Source: Syntrophales bacterium (GTDB lineage: Bacteria; Desulfobacterota; Syntrophia; Syntrophales; UBA2210). Taken from it: 64,000 bases of DNA. A program made the translations under genes and the position numbers. The stretch is from NCBI GenBank assembly GCA_963666365.2, contig CAXXNF010000001.1, positions 416,001 to 480,000 on the forward strand. Reading direction: 5' to 3'. Below the pieces are notes generated by a model. The model ran no database searches. It saw only the letters and a list, made by a program, of their open reading frames with translations, and was not told where the DNA came from. Positions 1 through 7,942 of the stretch are shown here, one piece after another. Each line of letters starts with the position of its first letter. Within the stretch, counting starts at the first letter, position 1.

Positions 1-342
1 CGTGGCATCGTTGCCCGTCATTACCCAGGTGGCATCCGTTCCCGGCGATCCGTAGATCCTATAGCCACTCTCCCCCACGTAGTTCCATTTAAAATAGGGG
101 TGTTTCGTCGCGGTTCTGACGACGAGGTTTCCCTTATCGTACATCAGCCCTTCAGTCGCACCGCTCGTGGTATCGGGAATGACAAAAAGCCCCGGAGGAG
201 TCCAGCCTTCAGGATTGGCGGCGTGATCCTCGGCAAGTTGCACCGATTCGCTGTATGTCGGCGCCCTGTACTCGGCGGCGGCAATCCAGGGATACAGTAA
301 CGCAAAAGATAGTATTACAGCAAGTTGCAGACAATTACCCAC
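1..342 (-). CDS. Secreted protein of unknown function, N-terminal part only (runs off the window start)
   Basis: Not in the ORF track. My translation from GTG at 342 is MGNCLQLAVILSFALLYPWIAAA-EYRAPTYSES...WVMTGNDAT, open to position 1. GGGGAGGA RBS lies just upstream, and there is a hydrophobic signal peptide ending AAA. Confidence 0.75.
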   Translation of the reverse strand, partial: MGNCLQLAVILSFALLYPWIAAAEYRAPTYSESVQLAEDHAANPEGWTPPGLFVIPDTTSGATEGLMYDKGNLVVRTATKHPYFKWNYVGESGYRIYGSPGTDATWVMTGNDAT

Positions 343-561
343 GGCATCCTCCCCTTCACCGCCTCCTCACCTCATGACTGCCCCGGGGTAAAGCCTTTGC
401 CCCCGGGTTTCTGGGCTTCTTAAATTCATCGAGAATATAGTAAATTTAATTGAGATCGTCAATTCTTCACTCCACTCTCAAAAAATGCACAGACCAATTC
501 AGAACAAAAATTACACCAGGGGCACGCGTTCATAGCAACCTCGCGCCTATAATTCTTCCGC

Positions 562-590
562 TGGACATACGGCCCGTTTCCCGCTATATT
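562..590 (+). promoter_or_regulatory. Putative sigma70 promoter of the thiolase operon
   Basis: TGGACA-N17-TATATT, about 30 nt before the ATG at 621. Confidence 0.5.
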
Positions 591-620
591 CGTGCTCGAA
601 TGCGTGAAAGGGGGAAACCG

Positions 621-1808
621 ATGCAAAAAGGTACCGACTCGGTTATCGTAAGCTGTTGCAGAACGCCTCTTGGGACATTTCAGGGTGGATTGAGCAGGAT
701 TCCCGCTACGGAACTCGGGGCTCTCACCATTAAAGAAGCGCTCACGCGTGCGCACCTCGGGCCGGAAGAGATTGATGAAGTCCTTATGGGAATGGTGCTT
801 CCCTGCGGATACGGCCAGAATCCGGCGCGCCAGGCATCCATAAAGGCGGATATTCCCATGGAAAGGGGCGCCCTCACGATCAACAAGGTCTGCGGGTCCG
901 GCCTGATGGCAGTGGTCCTTGCCGATCAGTACATCAAGACGGGATATGCCGATTTTGTTGTAGCGGGCGGCATGGAAAACATGAGTGCGGCGCCTCATTA
1001 TCTTCCCGATTCCCGGCTGGGAATTCGCATGGGGACGGGAAGTTTCATCGATCATATGGTCCATGACGGTCTCTGGGATATAGTCAATGACTTTCATATG
1101 GGGCTTACCAACGACATCATCTCGGAAGAGTGGAAGATATCGAGAGAAGATCAGGATGCCTTCGCCTGCGAATCGTACCGAAGGGCCCTGGACGCAACCG
1201 CGCAGGGACGATTTATCGAAGAAATCGTGCCCGTCGAATACGAGGATCGAAAGAAGGGAACGATCACGATCGACCGGGACGAAGGACCGCGACCGACCAG
1301 CATAGAGGCGCTTTCAAAAATGAAACCGGCCTTCCGGAAAAACGGCTGCGCCACGGCGGGCAATTCCTCCATTATCAGTGACGGTGCGTCGGCCCTCGTC
1401 GTGACGTCCCGAGAAAAGGCCCGAGAGCGCAACCTTCCCGTTCTGGGCCGTATTCGTGCCTGCGGTTCCGCCGGCATCAAGCTGGAACACGTCCTGATGG
1501 CGCCCATCAACTCCATTCCGAAAATATGCAAAAAGGCGGGACTGAGCGTTTCCGATATAGAACTTCATGAAATTAATGAAGCCTTTTCAGGCTCGATGCT
1601 GGGGGTCATGCGCGTCCTCGGGATCGATCACGAAAAGGTCAATGTAAACGGCGGGGCGGTTGCACTGGGACACCCCATCGGCGCTTCGGGCGCACGGGTC
1701 CTGACGACGCTGCTTCATGAAATGAAGCGGCGCGAGTGCACGCTCGGTCAGGCGTCTCTGTGTCTGGGCGGCGCGGAGGCTGTCACCATGGTTGTCGAAA
1801 GGGAATAA
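621..1808 (+). CDS. Acetyl-CoA C-acetyltransferase (thiolase)
   Basis: Motifs TINKVCGSG (catalytic Cys), NEAF, GHPIGASG and CLGG. Start reassigned to ATG 621 after GAAAGGGGG. Confidence 0.95.
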   Translation: MQKGTDSVIVSCCRTPLGTFQGGLSRIPATELGALTIKEALTRAHLGPEEIDEVLMGMVLPCGYGQNPARQASIKADIPMERGALTINKVCGSGLMAVVLADQYIKTGYADFVVAGGMENMSAAPHYLPDSRLGIRMGTGSFIDHMVHDGLWDIVNDFHMGLTNDIISEEWKISREDQDAFACESYRRALDATAQGRFIEEIVPVEYEDRKKGTITIDRDEGPRPTSIEALSKMKPAFRKNGCATAGNSSIISDGASALVVTSREKARERNLPVLGRIRACGSAGIKLEHVLMAPINSIPKICKKAGLSVSDIELHEINEAFSGSMLGVMRVLGIDHEKVNVNGGAVALGHPIGASGARVLTTLLHEMKRRECTLGQASLCLGGAEAVTMVVERE

Positions 1809-1812
1809 TCGA

Positions 1813-2364
1813 ATGCCCGGAAAGAAACCGCAGAACAAGTCCTTCGGCCTGAAGGTGCGGACACTCAGAGAGGAAAGGGGCTTCACTATCGAAGATCTCT
1901 CCCATGCAACAGGGTACCCCGCCGACATTCTCGATCAGATTGAGAACGATGCGGTGGTTCCTCCCGTATCGATGGTGATCCAGCTGAGCCGCATCTTCAA
2001 AATCGACGTGGATCAGCTTGAAGGGGAAGACGAAAAGAAGGCATCCAAACGACGTGCGAGAAGTCATAAGAAGCGTGTGGAATCCTATGCCTATACCCCG
2101 CTTTCCCGGCCAGGTTCCGACAATCACTTGAGGGCCTATATGGTGACGATTGATCCGGAAACATCTCACAAGGGTGTCGAATATCACCATGAGGGGGAAG
2201 AATTTGTCTATGTGCTCAGGGGGGGGCTCACCATTCAGATCGGGGAGAATGTCACAAAGCTTGGGGTGGGGAAAAGCATTCATTTCAACTCCGCGCTTCA
2301 TCACAGACTGAGCAATCACACGAACGAAATCACGGAACTTCTTGTTGTCGTCTACGTGCCGTGA
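1813..2364 (+). CDS. XRE-family HTH plus cupin transcriptional regulator
   Basis: N-terminal HTH (LREERGFTIEDLS...LDQIEND) and C-terminal cupin (HEGEEFVYVL...FNSALHH). Confidence 0.9.
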   Translation: MPGKKPQNKSFGLKVRTLREERGFTIEDLSHATGYPADILDQIENDAVVPPVSMVIQLSRIFKIDVDQLEGEDEKKASKRRARSHKKRVESYAYTPLSRPGSDNHLRAYMVTIDPETSHKGVEYHHEGEEFVYVLRGGLTIQIGENVTKLGVGKSIHFNSALHHRLSNHTNEITELLVVVYVP

Positions 2365-2378
2365 AGGGAGAACCCGCC

Positions 2379-3515
2379 GTGTTTCAACTGACGAGTGAAC
2401 AGGAAATGGTAAGGCTGATGGCCCGGGACTTTGCGAAACGGGAACTGGCGCCCTGCGCTGCCGAGGGGGATGAAAGCGAACTATTTCCCGAAGAGGTGAT
2501 AGGAAAAATGGGCGCCCTCGGTCTGATGGGCATGATGGTGCCGCCCGAATACGGGGGGTCCGGCGCCGGGGCGGTGAGTTATTCGCTGGCATTGCAGGAG
2601 ATAGCCTACGCCTCCGCCTCCGCTGCCGTCACCATGTCCGTAAGCAACCTTTCCACGGAACCGATTTTAAAATTCGGGAATGAGGAACAGAAGCAATCCT
2701 TTTTGATGCCCCTCGCCGGTGGAGAAATGCTCGGCGCCTTTGCCCTGACGGAGCCGGATGCGGGGTCTGATCCCGGAAGCATGAAGATGCGGGCCGAGGA
2801 CAGAGGCGATCACTATCTTGTCAACGGCGCCAAGGTATTTATTACCAATGGAAGTGCCGCCGGCATCATTAATCTGATCGCCCGGACCGACCCCAGAAAG
2901 GGAAACCGGGGCCTCTCCGGCCTGATCGTAGAGAGGAACGCCCCCGGGTTTCGGGTAGGGAAGAGGGAGCACAAAATGGGGCTTCGGGCCTCCGACACGG
3001 TGGAACTCCTCTTCGATGAATGTCGGATTCCAAAGGCAAACTTGCTGGGCAGGGAGGGCCAGGGATTCAAAATCGCCATGACTGCCCTCGACAGCGGCCG
3101 CATCGGAATCGCCTCTCAGTCGCTGGGGATCGCCCGGTCCTGTTTTGATGAAGCCCTTGCCTATGCCAGGACGAGGAAGCAATTCGGCAAGACCATTGGT
3201 TCCTATCAGGCTATACAATGGATGGTTGCCGATATGGCTACGGAGATTGAAGCGGCCCATTGGCTCGTCCTCGCCGCAGCGGATCGGAAGGACCGAAATA
3301 TCCCCTTCACAAAGGAGGCCTCAATGGCAAAGCTCTTCGCATCGGAACTGGCAAACAGGGCGGCCTACCAGTCCCTGCAAATACACGGGGGGTATGGGTA
3401 CATGAGGGAATATAAAATCGAACGCCTCTATCGCGATGCCCGGGTGACCACTATTTACGAAGGAACATCTGAAATTCAGCGCCTTGTCATCGCCCGCTCC
3501 ATGCTGGAAGGATAG
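2379..3515 (+). CDS. Acyl-CoA dehydrogenase (short/branched-chain, butyryl-CoA DH-like)
   Basis: FALTEPDAGSD, NGAKVFITNG, HGGYGY and IYEGTSEIQ. GTG start at 2379 after AAGGGAG (alternative 2361). Confidence 0.95.
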   Translation: MFQLTSEQEMVRLMARDFAKRELAPCAAEGDESELFPEEVIGKMGALGLMGMMVPPEYGGSGAGAVSYSLALQEIAYASASAAVTMSVSNLSTEPILKFGNEEQKQSFLMPLAGGEMLGAFALTEPDAGSDPGSMKMRAEDRGDHYLVNGAKVFITNGSAAGIINLIARTDPRKGNRGLSGLIVERNAPGFRVGKREHKMGLRASDTVELLFDECRIPKANLLGREGQGFKIAMTALDSGRIGIASQSLGIARSCFDEALAYARTRKQFGKTIGSYQAIQWMVADMATEIEAAHWLVLAAADRKDRNIPFTKEASMAKLFASELANRAAYQSLQIHGGYGYMREYKIERLYRDARVTTIYEGTSEIQRLVIARSMLEG

Positions 3516-3570
3516 CGGCGGAACCCGGTGGTAAATTATCCGAAAGGGTTGTTTCTGTTCCCCTACTCAT
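3487..3570 (-). pseudogene. Possible N-terminal stub of a deleted CoA-transferase beta subunit (27 codons)
   Basis: An ATG overlaps the end of the alpha gene (ATGAGTAG) with AAAGGAA upstream. The frame MSRGTETTLSDN... runs into the antisense strand of the ACAD gene and stops. Confidence 0.3.
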
Positions 3571-4612
3571 AGAGCATTCCTTTTTCATCAAGTATCCTCT
3601 CCATCTCTTCCAGGGTCACGCCCATGGTGCGTTCCTTACCGTTTTCATCCCATGCCGAAGAAAAGGCGGCCCCGTAATTTGCCGGCGCGGAATAGAATAC
3701 CCTGGCCTTGAACCGCTCCATCATGCCTACGCCGAATTTCCGTGCATAGAGATCGAGATAGGCCTCCCGGTCGGCGCACCCATAGACCCACTCGTCCATC
3801 CATGCGTGTATCGTATCGGCTTTTGCGTTCGCCCTTAGAAATATTCCGTAAAAAGATCGGTCGCGATTGTAGTACCCCAGCACCTCCGTGGGATGGGCGC
3901 CCCAGGGGGCTTCGACAACAGCGTTGACGCGATAGGCGGGAATGATCGTCAAATGAGGACTCGACTGAATCACGTCATGCTCAACGATCTCCTCGCAGGA
4001 TACAATAATTTTTTTGCTGCACAGGGCAGCAGCGGCAACGCTTCCCATGGAACCCCAATACTGCGCATTGCCGTATTTGTCGGCCCGCTGGACATGCACG
4101 ATGCACGTGTCGGGATTGGCCGCGGGGACAGTGAGCATTCTCTTTCCCGTGTAGGGACAGGCAACAAGACGGTACTTGTCTTCACCCATGAAACTGCGCA
4201 TGCGGAAGAGATCTGTTTCCATCACGCCCTCAAAGACCTGCATAAAAGAAAATCCGTGCATCCCGGCGATCAGACGGGCATTGTAATTGAAGTTGGTGTA
4301 ATCTTCCATCTCGATGGTTCCGGCCTGGAGTGCCCGCTCCACGGCGCCTCCGCCCTTCTTCCCCCCCGATCGCATGACATAGGTGCTGACGAGGCGATCC
4401 ACGCAGCCGGCATTGACCAATATATCGACATCAAGGATGCCCGACTGGGAATAGACGGTAAAGCCTTTTTTCCCCTGACGGCAGATCTCAAAGATCAACT
4501 GCATGCAGGTGCCAACCGTATAATTGCCGATAATCAAGTCCTCACCATCGTGGACAAACCGGCTGACCGCCTCCTTGGCGCTCATTACCTTATTTTCGGT
4601 GCTGCTTCCCAT
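3563..4612 (-). CDS. Family I CoA-transferase alpha subunit (glutaconate CoA-transferase GctA-like)
   Basis: KVMSAKEAVSRFVHDG, CPYTG, HVQRADKYGN, EEIV, PWGAHP and GYYNRD motifs. No beta subunit is adjacent. Confidence 0.85.
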   Translation of the reverse strand: MGSSTENKVMSAKEAVSRFVHDGEDLIIGNYTVGTCMQLIFEICRQGKKGFTVYSQSGILDVDILVNAGCVDRLVSTYVMRSGGKKGGGAVERALQAGTIEMEDYTNFNYNARLIAGMHGFSFMQVFEGVMETDLFRMRSFMGEDKYRLVACPYTGKRMLTVPAANPDTCIVHVQRADKYGNAQYWGSMGSVAAAALCSKKIIVSCEEIVEHDVIQSSPHLTIIPAYRVNAVVEAPWGAHPTEVLGYYNRDRSFYGIFLRANAKADTIHAWMDEWVYGCADREAYLDLYARKFGVGMMERFKARVFYSAPANYGAAFSSAWDENGKERTMGVTLEEMERILDEKGMLYE

Positions 4613-4695
4613 AATATCCTCATATGGAGATGGAACGAGAAAAGAGCTCCAGGCTTTCGCCCGGGCGCTGATATTAATTGTAAGGCCCTTACTAT

Positions 4696-4857
4696 TTATC
4701 CGCCGAAGAGTTTATGCGGAAGCCAAGCGGCTATTTCGGGAAATATCATAACCAGGTCGAGTCCCACAAGGGAAATGAGCACAAAGGGAATCACCGATTT
4801 ATAGATATCCCCCATTGAAATTTCGGCGGGGACAATCGCTTTTGTGTAGAAGAGATG
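4696..4857 (-). pseudogene. C-terminal remnant of a TRAP transporter large permease (DctM)
   Basis: HLFYTKAIVPAEISMGDIYKSVIPFVLISLVGLDLVMIFPEIAAWLP matches the typical DctM C-terminus. The upstream sequence is AT-rich, non-homologous and serves as the promoter region of the next gene. Confidence 0.75.
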
Positions 4858-4971
4858 AGATTGCTCGATCATGGATGAGTAAAATAAATCTTGAAATTCC
4901 TCTGTCCATTTGTCACATTGAGGGGTAATTGTGTGTAATAAGATCAGCATAGTAAAATAAAGGACAGAATC

Positions 4972-5298
4972 ATGCCGCGATGCAGGATCACCGTATTAAA
5001 AATGATGGTCAATCAGGATCTGATTGACGAATATTTAAGCAAGGGATTCAAGAAGCTTTACAAAGACCAGGGCTTCGGTCCTTGTGACCGTTTTAAAGTA
5101 GGACAGGAATTTATCGTCGAGAGACCCGATGTAATGCCAGATAATTTCTGCGCATGGGCTTGGACGGACATCCATCGCGATCTTCTGGCCGTTCTCTACG
5201 GCGCCAATCTCCCCTGGATAGAAGAAGAGGCGCGGGCCATCGCCTGTTGCACCGATGGGCTGCGCCCAGTCGTCTTCAGGCTTGAACGGATCGATTGA
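4972..5298 (+). CDS. TIGR04076-family Cys-containing protein
   Basis: CRITVLK, GPCDRFKVGQEF, FCAWAW and CCTDGLRPVVFRLER; RBS AAGGA. Confidence 0.85.
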   Translation: MPRCRITVLKMMVNQDLIDEYLSKGFKKLYKDQGFGPCDRFKVGQEFIVERPDVMPDNFCAWAWTDIHRDLLAVLYGANLPWIEEEARAIACCTDGLRPVVFRLERID

Positions 5299-5471
5299 AT
5301 ACAGCGATTGACCGCGCTTTCGAATATTCCATCCGCCGGAAACGAAAAAATCACGACGGCGGGGAAACTGTCATTTTTGCAGCGCCGCCATACCCTGCAC
5401 GATTGTGGGCACCGTTGACCCGACCGGTCATGAACGCGTCTCTCGAGCAACGACTGGCATACCGAAAGAAC

Positions 5472-6617
5472 ATGCACATGAAGGAACGCACTGTCTACCG
5501 AAGCCTTCAAAGACATCTCAACAGGCAGCCTGTCGGATTTCCGGCAACGCCTACAGGCAGCGACATACGGCTTCTCAGGCACTTTTTTACCCCCCAGGAG
5601 GCCGCGGTTGCGCTGGGTCTTACCTATCGGGGGCGTACCGTCAAGGAGGTAGGCGATCACCTGGAAGACATATCGATCCCACTACAAGAAATCGAAGTGC
5701 ACCTGGAGGCAATGGCCGCCAGGGGAAGCATCGGGTACAAAAAAGTGGACGGTCGTAACTGTTACTACACTATACCACTTGCCATCGGCATGTATGAAAC
5801 ACACCTTAACGACCTTAATCCCCTCTTTCTGAAAGACTTTAAGAATTATACGGGAAGCCCTTTCTACGGCCTCGCCTTCATCAGCACCGAACTCCCCCAG
5901 ATGCGCACCATACCCATAGAAGAAAGCCTCAATCCCGAGCTTTCGGTGGCGTCCTATGAACACATTCGTTCAATAATCGAAACCTCCGAGGGCCCCTTTG
6001 TAGTGAATGAGTGCATCTGCCGAAAAAAGGCAGCCATTCAGGGAGAACCCTGCCGGCGCACTACCAGAACCGAAACCTGCCTGGCGCTGGGAGATAGCGC
6101 CGGATTATGCCAGAAAATGGAAATCGGCAGGACCATCAGCAAGAGCGAGGCACTGGAAATTATACAGTGCAATGAAGCGGACGGTCTTGTCCTGCAACCT
6201 TCAAACTCCCGGCAGGTGGAATATATATGCGCCTGTTGCGGATGCTGTTGCGGCCTGCTGCATATCCACCGGGAGCTCGCCCATCCGCTCGCATTCTGGG
6301 CCGCCAACTATTTCGCAACGATCGATTCCCGGACATGCACGGGGTGCGGCATCTGCGCAGATATCTGTCAGGTGGGCGCCGCCGTGCTTTATGAGGGCGA
6401 TGGCGTCGCCGCGATCAATCCGTCACGGTGCATCGGATGCGGCAATTGCGTCCCCCGCTGTCCCTCGCAGGCCATCGTGTTAAAAAAAAAGGAAACCGCC
6501 GCGACGCCGCCACGCACCCTGGAAGATCTTTACGACTACATCATGCGCCACAAAAAGGGCTTCTGGAAGAAATTTATTCTGGGCCTGAAAATTATATTAA
6601 AAATCAACCCAAAATAA
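5472..6617 (+). CDS. Cys-rich 4Fe-4S dicluster protein of unknown function
   Basis: CICR...C...TCL, ICACCGCCC, then CxxCxxCxxxC twice. Start uncertain (5472, 5478 or 5431). Confidence 0.85.
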   Translation: MHMKERTVYRSLQRHLNRQPVGFPATPTGSDIRLLRHFFTPQEAAVALGLTYRGRTVKEVGDHLEDISIPLQEIEVHLEAMAARGSIGYKKVDGRNCYYTIPLAIGMYETHLNDLNPLFLKDFKNYTGSPFYGLAFISTELPQMRTIPIEESLNPELSVASYEHIRSIIETSEGPFVVNECICRKKAAIQGEPCRRTTRTETCLALGDSAGLCQKMEIGRTISKSEALEIIQCNEADGLVLQPSNSRQVEYICACCGCCCGLLHIHRELAHPLAFWAANYFATIDSRTCTGCGICADICQVGAAVLYEGDGVAAINPSRCIGCGNCVPRCPSQAIVLKKKETAATPPRTLEDLYDYIMRHKKGFWKKFILGLKIILKINPK

Positions 6618-6636
6618 CGGATAAAGGAGATACGCT

Positions 6637-7500
6637 ATGGAATCAAGGAAGATTACGGTACCAAGGGGCACATTCAATGTGCGGGACAGGGGGAACACCG
6701 AGGGATTCCCCCTTGTGATGCTGCATGGATGGCCTGAAAGTTCCTACTGCTGGGAAGGGATAACCCCTTTTCTGAACGCCAACCTGAGGGTCATCGCTCC
6801 CGACCTGCGCGGGCTGGGCGAAAGCGAACGCACACTGGAGCCCCACCTGTATCAAAAAGCGGAACTTGCGAAGGATGTGATTGAAATCGTCGATGCTCTC
6901 AACATCGGAACGTTCTACCTGGTAGGCCATGATTGGGGGGGCGCCGTGGCACAGGAAGTGGCCCTTGCAATTCCCGAACGGGTAAAAAAATTTGCTATCA
7001 TGAATATCGCCATCATAAACAACCCGAAGGGACTGGCCGAAGCCATGAAAATCATGCATGACAGAGGATCTGTGCCCCAATGGTACCAGTACTTTCAGCA
7101 GCAGCCGAAGTTGCCCGAAGCCATGATCAGGGGAAACGAAGATGTCTGGATTCCCTATTTCTTCGGAAAGGCCGGCAAAGAAGGACGGATACCGAAGGAA
7201 GCCATCGAAGAATATATCCGCTGCTACAGGATCCCCCAGACTCCGGCAACGGGCGCCGGCTATTACCGCGCCATGAAACAGGACGCGAAACGCTGGGTGA
7301 CGCTTGCAGGCACAAAATTCTCCATGCCGTCGCTTATTGTCTACGGGAACCGCGATACTGTGGTGATCAGGGAATATTTGAACCACCTGGAAGAATGCTT
7401 TGAGGATGTCAAACTTGTCGAAGTCGAAGCGGAACATTTTCTGCAGGAAGAAAAACCGGAAGAAGTGGCAAAACACTTGAATAATTTCTTCGAGGTATGA
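6637..7500 (+). CDS. Alpha/beta hydrolase, epoxide-hydrolase-like
   Basis: HGWP, PDLRGLG, GHDWGG (Asp nucleophile), WYQYF/YYRA tyrosines and catalytic His in AEHF; RBS AAGGAG. Confidence 0.9.
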   Translation: MESRKITVPRGTFNVRDRGNTEGFPLVMLHGWPESSYCWEGITPFLNANLRVIAPDLRGLGESERTLEPHLYQKAELAKDVIEIVDALNIGTFYLVGHDWGGAVAQEVALAIPERVKKFAIMNIAIINNPKGLAEAMKIMHDRGSVPQWYQYFQQQPKLPEAMIRGNEDVWIPYFFGKAGKEGRIPKEAIEEYIRCYRIPQTPATGAGYYRAMKQDAKRWVTLAGTKFSMPSLIVYGNRDTVVIREYLNHLEECFEDVKLVEVEAEHFLQEEKPEEVAKHLNNFFEV

Positions 7501-7583
7501 TAAGGAACTCTATACACGCAACAGTTACTGAAACAGAGGGACCTATGCCGCCCCTCATGCTATGTGCCCTGGAAGTGGTATAA

Positions 7584-7856
7584 ATGAATGCCGTCACCCT
7601 GCCCGTACCCTATCGCGAGGCGCTCTATCCAGCAAGGCTGCCCGCCTTTGGCCCGGGGGAGCGTCAGGCGATGGAGAGTACGGCTCAATCAAAGCCGTGG
7701 GCTCCGGCAAAATCGCCTCAGCCGCATCCCGGTGGAGACCGTTGGAGCGATCTGCACCCCTGCCGGGAACCGGCCGGCGCAGGGCTGTCGGCATATGCAT
7801 CCACCAGTCGCATGGGCATGTACTACAGAGGGATGATCGTCGATCACAAGGCGTAG
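7584..7856 (+). CDS. Small hypothetical protein (90 aa)
   Basis: Fills the gap between the hydrolase and pgk, has GGAAGTGG upstream, and ends RGMIVDHKA*. Confidence 0.45.
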   Translation: MNAVTLPVPYREALYPARLPAFGPGERQAMESTAQSKPWAPAKSPQPHPGGDRWSDLHPCREPAGAGLSAYASTSRMGMYYRGMIVDHKA

Positions 7857-7859
7857 GGT

Positions 7860-7883
7860 TCTGGTCTGTCTGGTCTGTCTGGT
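7860..7883. repeat. 9-bp tandem repeat (TCTGGTCTG x about 2.7)
   Basis: Read directly from the sequence. Confidence 0.7.
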
Positions 7884-7942
7884 TATCGTGCAGGTGTTTC
7901 CGCCTCTCTCTAAATCCATGGGCATATTTTTTCTGCCGAAGG

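Noticed and set aside
450..620. N-terminal extensions in the ORF track (thiolase, also 9186, 32218, 37898, 41395, 57990)
   Set aside because: Family homology and RBS positions support the downstream starts used above
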